From: Eubacteriales bacterium
GTDB taxonomy: Bacteria; Bacillota; Clostridia; Oscillospirales; CAG-272
NCBI GenBank assembly: GCA_045605765.1
Contig: JAZUQQ010000014.1
Location: 4,076-68,075, forward strand
Length of the DNA: 64,000 nt
Direction: 5' to 3'
The position numbers and the translations under genes are program-made. This document shows positions 28,934-38,764 of this stretch, piece after piece (the stretch's first letter is position 1; every line of letters starts with the position of its first letter). The notes below the pieces were generated by a model. The model ran no database searches and was not told where the DNA came from. It saw only the letters and a list, made by a program, of their open reading frames with translations.

Positions 28934-29854
28934 ATGACTCATATACCGACTGAAAATGAAATCGGTTTAAGACTTGACGCTTTTGTGGCGGAACGCGAGG
29001 ATATTACGCGTTCCGCCATTCAAAAACTTATAGAAAAGGGAAACGTCAGAGTGAACGACGCTATCTCGAAAAAAAGCTACCGCATCGAGGCAGGCGACGT
29101 TATCGAGATAGATGTTCCCGAGCCTGAGGAAATATCGGTAAGTCCCGAGAATATTCCGCTTGACGTCGTTTACGAGGACGACGATCTTATAGTGGTGAAT
29201 AAGCCGAAGGGAATGGTGGTCCACCCTGCTCCCGGGAATTATAGCGGAACGCTTGTAAACGCTCTGCTTTTTCACTGTAAGGGCTCTCTTTCGGGAATAA
29301 ACGGAGAGATCCGTCCGGGTATAGTTCACCGTATCGACAAGGATACGAGCGGATTGCTCGTGGTTGCAAAAAACGACAAAGCCCACAATTCTCTTGCCGC
29401 TCAGATCAAGGAGCATAGCTGCGAGAGGACCTACGAGGCGATCGTTGTCGGCAATATGAAGGAAAGCTCGGGAAAGGTGGACGCTCCGATAGCGCGCCAC
29501 CCGACAGACCGCAAAAAAATGGCGATAATTGCCGGCGGCCGCGAGGCTGTCACACACTGGGAGGTCATAAGCTCCTACGAGGGATATACTCACTTGAGGC
29601 TTCGTCTTGAAACCGGAAGAACGCATCAGATAAGAGTACATATGTCCTCGCTAGGTCATAGCGTGTTCTGCGACGAGGTCTACGGCGGACTCCATACAAA
29701 GACCGAAATAAACAACGCATCGAAAATAAAAGGTCAGTGCCTGCACGCGCGCACGCTCGGCTTTACTCACCCGACGAGCGGAGAAAGACTTCGCTTTGAA
29801 AGTGATCTGCCCGAGTATTTCAGTACGCTGCTTGGCAAGCTGACTCTTAAATAA
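28934..29854 (+). CDS. rluD: RluA-family 23S rRNA pseudouridine synthase (RluD-like)
   Basis: An N-terminal S4 domain followed by HRIDKDTSGLLVVAK and GRTHQIRVH. Confidence 0.9.
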   Translation: MTHIPTENEIGLRLDAFVAEREDITRSAIQKLIEKGNVRVNDAISKKSYRIEAGDVIEIDVPEPEEISVSPENIPLDVVYEDDDLIVVNKPKGMVVHPAPGNYSGTLVNALLFHCKGSLSGINGEIRPGIVHRIDKDTSGLLVVAKNDKAHNSLAAQIKEHSCERTYEAIVVGNMKESSGKVDAPIARHPTDRKKMAIIAGGREAVTHWEVISSYEGYTHLRLRLETGRTHQIRVHMSSLGHSVFCDEVYGGLHTKTEINNASKIKGQCLHARTLGFTHPTSGERLRFESDLPEYFSTLLGKLTLK

Positions 29855-29865
29855 CGGAAATAATT

Positions 29866-30639
29866 ATGAAAATAACCGACATTCACGCGCACTATGACGA
29901 TGCCCGCTTTGAAAACGAGCGCGACACGCTTCTTTCCGAGCTTTTTTTGGGAGATGTCAGGACGGTCATAGGCGCAGCTACAAGCATAGAAAGCTGTAAA
30001 AATCAAATAGAGCTTGCAGAAAAATTCAACGGATTTTACGCGTCTGTCGGAATTCACCCCGAAAACGCGAAAAACATCGAAGACATAGAAAATACGATAA
30101 GCGAGCTTGAAAAAATGCTTTCGCACCCGAAGGCCGTTGCCATCGGCGAGATCGGGCTCGATTATTACTGGGAGGACTATCCCGACCGCGAGACGCAGAA
30201 GGCGTATTTCAGAGCCCAGATAGAGCTCGCTATGAAAACGGGATATCCGATAGTCGTTCACGACCGCGAGGCTCACGGAGACTGCCTTGAAATTGCGCGC
30301 GAGTACAAGGGTGTGCGCGGCGTTTTCCACAGTTTTAGCGGAAGCGCAGAGATGGCAAGGGAGCTTGTCGAGCTTGGATGGTATATCTCCTTTTCGGGAG
30401 TCGTGACCTTTAAAAACGCGCGTAAGACGGTCGAGGCGGCGCAGGTCGTGCCGATCGACAGAATTCTCACCGAAACGGACGCGCCCTATCTTACGCCGCA
30501 CCCGTTCAGAGGCACGCGCAACAGCTCGCAGTACGTTTCGTATATCGTTGAAAAGCTCGCCGAAATAAAGGGTGTATCTCCCGATGAGATGGCAGAGCAG
30601 GTGGCAAAAAATGCAAAAGAACTGTTTTTGCTAACATAG
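29866..30639 (+). CDS. tatD: TatD family metal-dependent hydrolase
   Basis: DIHAHYD, GEIGLDYYW, HDREAH and ETDAPYLTP. Confidence 0.9.
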   Translation: MKITDIHAHYDDARFENERDTLLSELFLGDVRTVIGAATSIESCKNQIELAEKFNGFYASVGIHPENAKNIEDIENTISELEKMLSHPKAVAIGEIGLDYYWEDYPDRETQKAYFRAQIELAMKTGYPIVVHDREAHGDCLEIAREYKGVRGVFHSFSGSAEMARELVELGWYISFSGVVTFKNARKTVEAAQVVPIDRILTETDAPYLTPHPFRGTRNSSQYVSYIVEKLAEIKGVSPDEMAEQVAKNAKELFLLT

Positions 30640-30648
30640 GCGCGCGTA

Positions 30649-30677
30649 TTGACAATTTACGACAAAAATGATATAAT
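30649..30677 (+). promoter_or_regulatory. Sigma-A type promoter
   Basis: TTGACA (30649-30654), 17-nt spacer, TATAAT (30672-30677). Confidence 0.65.
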
Positions 30678-30722
30678 TATTAGGATATAAACTGTAAAAA
30701 ACACGGTAAGGAGAGAAAAGAC

Positions 30723-32711
30723 TTGGCTAAGAAAGAATACGGCGATCAGAGTATAACCTCGCTGAAAGGCGCTGATAGAGTAAGAAAGCGCCCTGCGGTA
30801 ATTTTCGGCTCGGACGGACTTGACGGATGCGAGCACTCCTTCTTTGAAATACTCTCAAACTCGGTTGACGAGGCAAGAGAGGGACACGGAAACAAAATAA
30901 TAACCACTGTGTTTAAGGATAAATCTATTGAGGTTGAAGACGAGGGACGAGGAGTTCCTATGGACTATAACGAGCGCGAGGGAAAATACAACTGGGAACT
31001 GGTTTACTGCGAGCTTTATGCAGGCGGCAAGTACGAGAACAATAAGAAAAACGCTTCCTACGAGTATTCGCTCGGACTTAACGGCGTAGGCGCGTGCGCT
31101 ACGCAGTACGCTTCCGATTATATGGTAGTAAAGTCGCATAACGGCAAAAACTACTATGAGATGAACTTTAAAAAGGGCGAGCCTCAGGGTGAGCTTATAA
31201 AGAGAGAACTCAGACGTGGAGAGAAGAAGACGGGAACTATCATCAGATGGCGTCCCGATCTTGAAGTGTTTATGGACATAGACATTCCCTACGAGCATTA
31301 CGCAGACGTTTTAGAGCGTCAGGCTGTCGTAAACGCGGGAGTGCACTTTGTACTCAGAATCGAGACTGATAAGGGCTTTGACGAAGAAGATTTCTTTTAC
31401 GAGAACGGTGTTGCCGACCGCGTTGCTAAATTCGCGGGCGAAAAGGCTCTTACGATGCCTCATTTCATAAAGACTGAGACCGCAGGCAGAGACAGAGCAG
31501 ACCTTGATGAGTACAAGCTCAAAATGGAAGCCGCATTTTGCTTCTCCAACTATTCGCAAAATATCGAATATTATCACAATTCGAGCTGGCTCGAACACGG
31601 CGGATCGCCCGATAAGGCTACCAGAAGCGCGTTCGTCTACGCTATTGATAAATATATAAAGGATGCGGGGAAGTATAAGAAAAACGAGAGCAAGATAACC
31701 TTCTCGGACGTCGAGGACTGTCTTGTGCTTGTGACTAGCAGCTTTTCCACGCAAACGAGCTACGCCAACCAGACCAAGAAGGCGATCACCAATCAGTTTA
31801 TCGCGACTGCAATGACCGATTTCTTCAAAAGGTCGCTCGAAATCTATTTTGCGGAAAATCCGGTAGATGCCGAGGCAATATCCTCTCAGGTGCTTCTCAA
31901 CAAGCGCGCAAGAGAAACCGCCGAAACGACGAAGCTTGACATAAAGAAAAAACTGAGCGGAAACACAGACGTTACCAACCGCGTTGAAAAATTCGTAAGC
32001 TGCCGCTCGAAGGATCCCGAAAGAAGGGAACTCTATATAGTTGAGGGTGATTCCGCGCTTTCATCGTGTAAGCTCGGACGTGACGCCGAATTTCAGGCTA
32101 TAATTCCCGTAAGAGGTAAGACGCTCAACTGTCTGAAAAGCACCTACGATAAAATCTTCAAGAGCGAGATCATCGTCGATCTTCTGAAGGTTATCGGTTG
32201 CGGAGCTGAAATAAAGAGTAAGAGCAAAGAAGTCAGCTCGTTTGATCTTGACTCGCTCAAATGGAATAAGATAATTATCTGTACCGATGCCGACGAGGAC
32301 GGATTCCAGATAAGAGCACTTATTCTGACTCTCTTTTACAGACTTCTCCCGACACTGCTTAAACTGGGAAAGGTCTATATAGCAGAGTCGCCGCTTTTCG
32401 AGATAACAACGAAGGACGATACCTATTTCGCCTACGACGAGAAGGAAAAGGCAGATATTCTCAAAAAGCTTGAAGAGGAAAACAAAAAATACACCTTGCA
32501 GCGTTCAAAGGGACTTGGCGAAAACGAGCCCGATATGATGTGGAAGACCACGATGAACCCTGCGAGCAGAAGGCTTATAAGAGTCTGCGAGGCGGATGCT
32601 GCCGAGACAGCAGAGCTTCTCGATATTCTGCTTGGTGATAATCTTGCCGAAAGAAAGCGTTTTATTACCGAAAACGGAAGCAAGTACGTAAAAGATGCGG
32701 ATATAAGCTAA
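30723..32711 (+). CDS. Type IIA DNA topoisomerase subunit B (GyrB/ParE family, divergent); no adjacent A subunit
   Basis: TTG start. GHKL ATPase N-terminus (LKGADRVRKRPAVIFGS, EILSNSVDEA), Toprim YIVEGDSA, and DADEDGFQI. Confidence 0.85.
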   Translation: MAKKEYGDQSITSLKGADRVRKRPAVIFGSDGLDGCEHSFFEILSNSVDEAREGHGNKIITTVFKDKSIEVEDEGRGVPMDYNEREGKYNWELVYCELYAGGKYENNKKNASYEYSLGLNGVGACATQYASDYMVVKSHNGKNYYEMNFKKGEPQGELIKRELRRGEKKTGTIIRWRPDLEVFMDIDIPYEHYADVLERQAVVNAGVHFVLRIETDKGFDEEDFFYENGVADRVAKFAGEKALTMPHFIKTETAGRDRADLDEYKLKMEAAFCFSNYSQNIEYYHNSSWLEHGGSPDKATRSAFVYAIDKYIKDAGKYKKNESKITFSDVEDCLVLVTSSFSTQTSYANQTKKAITNQFIATAMTDFFKRSLEIYFAENPVDAEAISSQVLLNKRARETAETTKLDIKKKLSGNTDVTNRVEKFVSCRSKDPERRELYIVEGDSALSSCKLGRDAEFQAIIPVRGKTLNCLKSTYDKIFKSEIIVDLLKVIGCGAEIKSKSKEVSSFDLDSLKWNKIIICTDADEDGFQIRALILTLFYRLLPTLLKLGKVYIAESPLFEITTKDDTYFAYDEKEKADILKKLEEENKKYTLQRSKGLGENEPDMMWKTTMNPASRRLIRVCEADAAETAELLDILLGDNLAERKRFITENGSKYVKDADIS

Positions 32712-32748
32712 AAGAGCATAAATACGATACCGAAAGAGAAAAATCAAA

Positions 32749-33879
32749 ATGTTTAAAGTTTTAAAAAACGAAGGAAGGGCAAGACGCGGTCATATGACGA
32801 CTGTACACGGAGAAATCGAAACTCCTGTGTTTATGAACGTCGGTACCTGCGCGGCAATACGCGGCGGAGCATCGACCGACGATCTTCGCGATGTCAAATG
32901 TCAGGTCGAGCTTTCCAACACCTACCATCTTCATATAAGACCGGGCGACGATCTTATCTACCGTCAGGGCGGACTTCATAAGTTTATGAATTGGGACAAG
33001 CCGATTCTTACCGATAGTGGCGGATTTCAGGTGTTTTCGCTTGCAAAGCTCCGCAGAATAAAGGAAGAGGGCGTTTATTTCCAGTCGCATCTCGACGGAG
33101 CGCGTATATTCATGGGTCCTGAGCAGAGCATGCAGATACAGTCGAACCTCGCTTCGACTATCGCAATGGCGTTCGACGAATGTATCGCAAATCCCGCTGA
33201 ATATAAATACGTTGAGCAGTCGATAGCAAGAACCACAAGATGGCTCGAGCGCTGCAAGGCGGAAATGGCGCGTCTTAACTCGCTTGACCGCACGATAAAT
33301 AAGGAGCAGATGCTTTTCGGTATAAATCAGGGAAGCACCTATGCCGACCTGCGAATACGTCATATGCAACAGATAGCCGAGCTTGATCTGCCCGGATACG
33401 CCATCGGCGGTCTTGCCGTCGGTGAAGAGGCGAGCGTGATGTACGAAACCATCGACGTCGTTGAGCCTTATATGCCCAAGGATAAGCCGAGATACTTAAT
33501 GGGCGTCGGAACGCCCGTAAACATCCTTGAAGCAGTCCACAGAGGAGTGGATTTCTTTGACTGCGTTATGCCAAGCAGAAATGCAAGGCACGGAAATCTC
33601 TTTACGTGGCAGGGAAAGCTGACTCTTAAAAATGAAAAATTCAAAGAGGATAGCGGTCCTATATCCGAAGGCTGTACCTGTCCTGCCTGTCGAAGCTATT
33701 CGAGGGCCTATATACGTCATCTTTTAAAGGTTGATGAAATTCTCGGAATGCGACTCTGTGTGCTTCATAATCTTCATTTTTACAATGAGCTTATGCAAAA
33801 AATACGCGATGCGCTTGACGAGGGAAATTTTGAAGAGTTTTACAAAAAATACGTTGTTCAGCTCGACGAAAGAGTCTAA
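32749..33879 (+). CDS. tgt: tRNA-guanine(34) transglycosylase
   Basis: TPVFMNVGT, LTDSGGFQV, GGLAVGE and a CTCPAC...H zinc site. Confidence 0.95.
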   Translation: MFKVLKNEGRARRGHMTTVHGEIETPVFMNVGTCAAIRGGASTDDLRDVKCQVELSNTYHLHIRPGDDLIYRQGGLHKFMNWDKPILTDSGGFQVFSLAKLRRIKEEGVYFQSHLDGARIFMGPEQSMQIQSNLASTIAMAFDECIANPAEYKYVEQSIARTTRWLERCKAEMARLNSLDRTINKEQMLFGINQGSTYADLRIRHMQQIAELDLPGYAIGGLAVGEEASVMYETIDVVEPYMPKDKPRYLMGVGTPVNILEAVHRGVDFFDCVMPSRNARHGNLFTWQGKLTLKNEKFKEDSGPISEGCTCPACRSYSRAYIRHLLKVDEILGMRLCVLHNLHFYNELMQKIRDALDEGNFEEFYKKYVVQLDERV

Positions 33880-33946
33880 AAAAGACGAATAATATAAGAG
33901 TTGCGTGTAAACAATATATTTGCCGCCTGAACTTTATACAAACGGG

Positions 33947-34153
33947 ATGATTAAAATGGACAAATATTCGTTTATTAACGGCAAAAAGAAGAATACCCCT
34001 AAAAAGCCTGCGGGTAATGACCAGTGGTCAAACGCAGAACTCAGATACTTCTGCCCGGAGCGTGAAAAAATTGACGCTCCCAAAGGAGGAGAAAACGTTC
34101 TTATCTCTCCGTTTCCCGAGAGCAGAAGATACGATTACGGTTTGAATTTTTAA
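33947..34153 (+). CDS. Possible small basic hypothetical protein (68 aa)
   Basis: The only ORF in a 400-nt spacer, followed by a terminator hairpin at about 34183-34235. The RBS is weak and no family was recognised. Confidence 0.25.
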   Translation: MIKMDKYSFINGKKKNTPKKPAGNDQWSNAELRYFCPEREKIDAPKGGENVLISPFPESRRYDYGLNF

Positions 34154-34289
34154 ATTAACTAAACAATTCTTTGACTGTAAAATGACCTTGCAAAAGTATG
34201 CGCCCACAGCGTGTGTTTGCAAGGTTGTTTTTTCTTGACATATCGGGGGATTTGTGATATACTGTATAAAAAGTCAAAGGAGAATTACT

Positions 34290-35840
34290 ATGAAAAAACT
34301 TTTAATTGCTATTATCGTTGTCAGTGTTCTGGTCGTTGGCGCAATAGTGGGTGTGTCGGTGTATGCTAACTCGCCTAAGGTGATAGTTCGAAATTCTATG
34401 GGCAACGCCCTTGAAGATTTTATTGACAGAAATGAAGTTGAGCCTGTTGTAAATATGCTTAAAAAGGGCTCGCTTGAAATCAGCGCGTCCTCCGAAATAG
34501 AGAATATGAAGGGCGAGCTTGGCGGAAAGATATATTTCGACAAAGAAGAGATCTATTTTGAAAACTTCTTCGTTGAAAGTGATAACATTGAAATAAGCGC
34601 AGATGCATATTTCGGACGCGACTACGTCTACATAACAAATGAGGAGATACTCGACGGTACGTACGGCATAGTCCGCGGAGATCTTGCGGAAAGCTTTAAA
34701 AACTCGATATTTGCACTAGGAAGCGGAAGTCAGTACGAAATTCTCGATATCGAAACGTATAATACAATGGTAGATCTGCTTTCGGACATTGACAACGATG
34801 TCGATAAGGATCTGCAAAAGGATTACGAAAAGCTTGTCAAAAAATACGCCAAATTCCTTATGAAAACCCTTGAAAAGCACGCGGAATACGAAAAGGAAAA
34901 GGACGACGTTAAGCTCGGCGGAGAGTTTAAGCGTGCAAGAGTTATTACCGTCTCGATAGACGAAAAGGCGCTTGCAAGCATCATTAAGGATATTTACGAA
35001 AAGATCGAGGACGACGACGATCTTGAAGATTTCGTTATCAAGTACGGAGAGTACATACTTTCTTATAACCGTTCCGATGTGGTTTCCGGTGATATAAATA
35101 TCGAGGAAGAGTATGAGGATATGCTCGATAAATTCGAGCAGTTTGTCGAGGAAGAGCTTGATAAGGACAGTATCGAGGATACTCTCGGAGATTTCAAGGT
35201 GGAGTTTGATGTGGTTACCGCTACCGGCTCGTCAAAGCTTCTCCAAATATCCTGCACGTTAAAGAGCGAGGGTGCAAAGCAGGAGCTCTTCACTCTCGAT
35301 TTCGGTAAGAAGGGTATCGCAAAGACCGATCTTATCTCGCTCGATCTGCTCGACGGAAGAGTTATTATAGAGTACGAGGTAACCGAGAACACCTCTAAGG
35401 AATATATCGGAAAAATGACCGTTTCCACAAGCGACAGCGCGATGTACGCTTCGAGCGATAAAAACGAGTATGAGGTATTCAGACTTTCGATAGATAAAAA
35501 GAAAGACGAGTTCAAACTCATTATTCCGCTTGAAGAAGGCGAGTACGATGATATTATCGTTCGCGGTGACTTAATATCAAAGATCAAAAAGACCACTATT
35601 ACTATAAATAAGATCGAGATCGGTGACGAAGCCTTTGACGATTTCGAGATCAAGATCGTTATTGACGAAAAGGATTCTATGCCGAAGCCCGTGAAGAAGA
35701 ACAAGGTTACAAACGTATTCTCTATGAGCGAAAAGGACGTTGAAAACATCATCGGTAAAGCCGAGGAGGATCTCGGCGGACTCGAAGGAAGCCCTTTCCC
35801 GGATAGCTCGGACGACGATGACATCGGATTCGACTGGTAA
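34290..35840 (+). CDS. Hypothetical membrane-anchored acidic protein
   Basis: SD AAAGGAG before the ATG at 34290. N-terminal TM helix MKKLLIAIIVVSVLVVGAIVGV. Strongly Asp/Glu/Lys-rich ectodomain with no family recognised. Confidence 0.6.
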   Translation: MKKLLIAIIVVSVLVVGAIVGVSVYANSPKVIVRNSMGNALEDFIDRNEVEPVVNMLKKGSLEISASSEIENMKGELGGKIYFDKEEIYFENFFVESDNIEISADAYFGRDYVYITNEEILDGTYGIVRGDLAESFKNSIFALGSGSQYEILDIETYNTMVDLLSDIDNDVDKDLQKDYEKLVKKYAKFLMKTLEKHAEYEKEKDDVKLGGEFKRARVITVSIDEKALASIIKDIYEKIEDDDDLEDFVIKYGEYILSYNRSDVVSGDINIEEEYEDMLDKFEQFVEEELDKDSIEDTLGDFKVEFDVVTATGSSKLLQISCTLKSEGAKQELFTLDFGKKGIAKTDLISLDLLDGRVIIEYEVTENTSKEYIGKMTVSTSDSAMYASSDKNEYEVFRLSIDKKKDEFKLIIPLEEGEYDDIIVRGDLISKIKKTTITINKIEIGDEAFDDFEIKIVIDEKDSMPKPVKKNKVTNVFSMSEKDVENIIGKAEEDLGGLEGSPFPDSSDDDDIGFDW

Positions 35841-35843
35841 AAT

Positions 35844-35875
35844 AAAACTGCAAGGATTTTTCCTTGCAGTTTTTT
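35844..35875. terminator. Bidirectional rho-independent terminator
   Basis: AAAACTGCAAGGA TTTT TCCTTGCAGTTTTTT. Confidence 0.8.
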
Positions 35876-35893
35876 ATCTTTATACAAATTATC

Positions 35894-36625
35894 TTATTCG
35901 TCGGCGTTTTCCCAGTTGTGGTAAATATCCTGAACATCGTCGTGCTCTTCGAGAGTCTGAATAAGAAGGTTCATCTTCTTGATGTCGTCCTCGTCTGTGA
36001 GTGAGATGTAGGACGAAGGGATCTTGTCCTCTTCTGCCGAAACGATGGTGTAGCCTGCCGCTTCGAGAGTCTCCTTTACTGCCGTAAGATCTGAGGGCTC
36101 AGTGCTTATCTCGAATACGTCGTCGCTCAAAACGAAGTCGGTAGCGCCTGCTTCGAGAGCAGCGTCCATAAGAGCCTCCTCGTCGATGCTGCCGTCGTTC
36201 TCTATAACGATTATTCCGGTATCGGTGAACATATAGGAAACGCAACCGGTCTGTCCAAGATTTCCGCCGTATTTGTCGAAGAAATGACGAACGTCGCCTG
36301 CAGTACGGTTGCGATTGTCGGTAGCGGTCGTTACGATAACTGCGATACCCGACGGTCCATAGCCCTCGTAAACGATCTCCTCGTAGTTTGCCGCGTCCGC
36401 AGAGGTCGCCTTGTCGATTATTCTCTTGATGTTGTCGTTAGGCACATTAAGACTCTTTGCCTTTGCGATAAGGTCGCGGAGCTTGCCGTTGACCGCAGGA
36501 TCTGCGCCGCCCGCTCTGATAGCGATAGCCATTTCCTTACCTATTTTTGTAAAGACCTTTGCTTTCTGTGCGTCGGTCTTTTCTTTTTTGTGCTTGATGT
36601 TACTCCATTTGCTATGTCCTGACAT
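35894..36625 (-). CDS. yebC: YebC/PmpR family DNA-binding transcriptional regulator
   Basis: MSGHSKWSNIKHKK start and full-length family similarity. Confidence 0.92.
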   Translation of the reverse strand: MSGHSKWSNIKHKKEKTDAQKAKVFTKIGKEMAIAIRAGGADPAVNGKLRDLIAKAKSLNVPNDNIKRIIDKATSADAANYEEIVYEGYGPSGIAVIVTTATDNRNRTAGDVRHFFDKYGGNLGQTGCVSYMFTDTGIIVIENDGSIDEEALMDAALEAGATDFVLSDDVFEISTEPSDLTAVKETLEAAGYTIVSAEEDKIPSSYISLTDEDDIKKMNLLIQTLEEHDDVQDIYHNWENADE

Positions 36626-36644
36626 GAATTTATATCTCCTTTAA

Positions 36645-38351
36645 TTATATCTTACGGGGTGTTTTAAGACAGATGAGGCTGAGCGCTCTGCCGAGGACGT
36701 GATTTACCGCCTCGGTTATCTTGATACGCGATGCGCGCACAGCTCCGTCCTCTGCCGAGTTTATCGGGCATGAGTGATAGAAGCGGTTGAATGCCGTACA
36801 TACGTCAAGAATGTAGCGCGTGATATACGATGGCTCATATTCGTGGGTCGCTCTGAGAACTGTCTCGGGGAAACGTGCGAGCACTTTGAGCATGGACGCC
36901 TCTTCGGGGGCGCTGATCTTTGTCTCTTTGCCGATTTCGGCGTTTTCAGCCTTGGCAAGAAGTGAGCAGGTACGCGCGTAGGTGTACTGCGCGTAAGGAC
37001 CCGTGTTGCCCTCGAACGAGAGAGCGTCCTCCATATTGAAGTTTATATCCTTGATTATCGTGTTGAGAAGATAATAGAATACGATGGCTCCAACACCGAC
37101 TGCCTCTGCGGTTTCGTCCTTGTTTTCAAGGTCGGGGCTCTTTTCGTCGATTATCTCGCGTACCTTGTCAATAGCGCTTGCAAAGAGGTCGCGCAGAAGA
37201 ATCACATTACCCGTTCTGGTTGCGAGCTTTGCTCCGCCGATGCTGACAGTACCGTAAGGAACGTGAACGAGATCCTTCGCCCAGTCGTATCCCATAAGCT
37301 CGACTACCTTGAACCACTGTGCAAAGTGGAGGCTCTGTCCTGCCGAGGTTACGTAGATCACCTTATCGAAGTCGTAGGTTTCTTTTCTGTAAACCGCCGC
37401 CGCAATGTCACGGGTCGGATAAAGTGTCGAGCCGTCGCGTTTGAGTATAAGGCAGGGAGGCATATTGTAGTCCGAAAGATCTACGATAGATGCTCCGTCG
37501 TCTATTTTGAGGAGTCCTTTTTCGCGTATCTTTTCGACCTGCGGCATCATTTTGTCGCTATAAAACGCCTCGCCCTTATACGAGTCGAACTCGATTCCCA
37601 GCTGAGTGTAGGTCTTTTTGTATTCTGCTATCGAGATGTCGATGAACCATTTCCAAAGCTCGGTATTGTTTTTGTCGCCAAGCTCGAGCTTGTGAAATTC
37701 TTCTCTTGCGCGGTCGTTGAGAGATGCGTCCTTTTCTGCTTCCTCATGGAATTTGACGTAAAGCGAAACGAGCGCGTCGATACCGCCGTTTTCGATCTCG
37801 TCGCGGTTTCCCCAAAGATTAAACGCGGTGATAAGCTTACCGAACTGTGTTCCCCAGTCGCCGAGATGGTTGATTCCCACGCAGTCGTATCCGCAGAAGG
37901 TGTGGAGAAGCTTTAGAGAATGCCCTATAACCGTCGTGCCGAGGTGTCCGATGTGGAAGGGCTTTGCGACGTTAGGGGAAGAGTAGTCTAGAACTACGGT
38001 CTTGCCTCTGCCCTCGTCAGAGCTTCCGTACATATCCTTCTTTTCGAGAATCTCGGGAAGTAGTGTTTTTGCAAGATAGTCGTCCGATATAAAGAAATTA
38101 AGGTATCCCTTTACCGCCTCGATCTTTGCAATTTCCTCGATCTCAAGCTTCAAGGCGAGCTCCTCTGCAATCATAACAGGAGATTTGCGGAGCAGCTTTG
38201 CAAACTTGAAACAGGGAAGCGCGAGGTCGCCCATAGTATGGTCGGGCGGATATTCAAGCGAGGTTACGACGTCGGTATAGATACCCTCATACGAGTCAAA
38301 CGCAATAGCCTCTGCGAGTTTTTTTGCTATGTTAGCTTTTAAATTCTGCAT
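36645..38351 (-). CDS. argS: Arginine--tRNA ligase
   Basis: 568 aa with SSPNVAKPFHIGHL (HIGH) and a DALR anticodon-binding C-terminus. Confidence 0.94.
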   Translation of the reverse strand: MQNLKANIAKKLAEAIAFDSYEGIYTDVVTSLEYPPDHTMGDLALPCFKFAKLLRKSPVMIAEELALKLEIEEIAKIEAVKGYLNFFISDDYLAKTLLPEILEKKDMYGSSDEGRGKTVVLDYSSPNVAKPFHIGHLGTTVIGHSLKLLHTFCGYDCVGINHLGDWGTQFGKLITAFNLWGNRDEIENGGIDALVSLYVKFHEEAEKDASLNDRAREEFHKLELGDKNNTELWKWFIDISIAEYKKTYTQLGIEFDSYKGEAFYSDKMMPQVEKIREKGLLKIDDGASIVDLSDYNMPPCLILKRDGSTLYPTRDIAAAVYRKETYDFDKVIYVTSAGQSLHFAQWFKVVELMGYDWAKDLVHVPYGTVSIGGAKLATRTGNVILLRDLFASAIDKVREIIDEKSPDLENKDETAEAVGVGAIVFYYLLNTIIKDINFNMEDALSFEGNTGPYAQYTYARTCSLLAKAENAEIGKETKISAPEEASMLKVLARFPETVLRATHEYEPSYITRYILDVCTAFNRFYHSCPINSAEDGAVRASRIKITEAVNHVLGRALSLICLKTPRKI

Positions 38352-38513
38352 TTTTATCTTTCCTTAAAACTGTATTTTATATAAGATCATCATAATTCAT
38401 TATATTATATCACGAAAAAAAACTATATTCAATAGTCAAATGGCAAGAAAATGAGATAAAACGAGGCTTTTTTTCATAACAAAGATATATTTTTGCAAAA
38501 ATCCAGCTAGGAC

Positions 38514-38542
38514 TTGACAAAACAGATCGGATACGGTATAAT
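38514..38542 (+). promoter_or_regulatory. Sigma-A type promoter of the CNNM leader
   Basis: TTGACA (38514-38519), 17-nt spacer, TATAAT (38537-38542). Confidence 0.7.
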
Positions 38543-38548
38543 GTCCTC

Positions 38549-38726
38549 ATATGTAATTCAAGGTACATAAAATTGCCGAAAGGAAAAAACAAAGTAGCTA
38601 TGGACGAAGGTGGCGGGAATCGCGGCGTAGAAGCCCGAAGTACCACTGTTTGTATACTAAATATGTAAAACAAGGCGTGGTCTGTATGGATTTTTGTACA
38701 GGCTATGCCTTGTGTTGCTTTTTTGA
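38549..38726 (+). promoter_or_regulatory. Structured 5' leader with intrinsic terminator (candidate riboswitch or attenuator, class unknown)
   Basis: GGTAC (38572-38576) / GTACC (38640-38644) closes a GC-rich core GGTGGCGGGAATCGCGGCGTAGAAGCCCGAAG. Terminator ACAAGGCGTGGTCTGTA..TACAGGCTATGCCTTGT plus a T-run lies at 38670-38726. Confidence 0.5.
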
Positions 38727-38764
38727 GTTTTAAGTAGGCAAAATATTTTTCGGAGGAAGTAACT

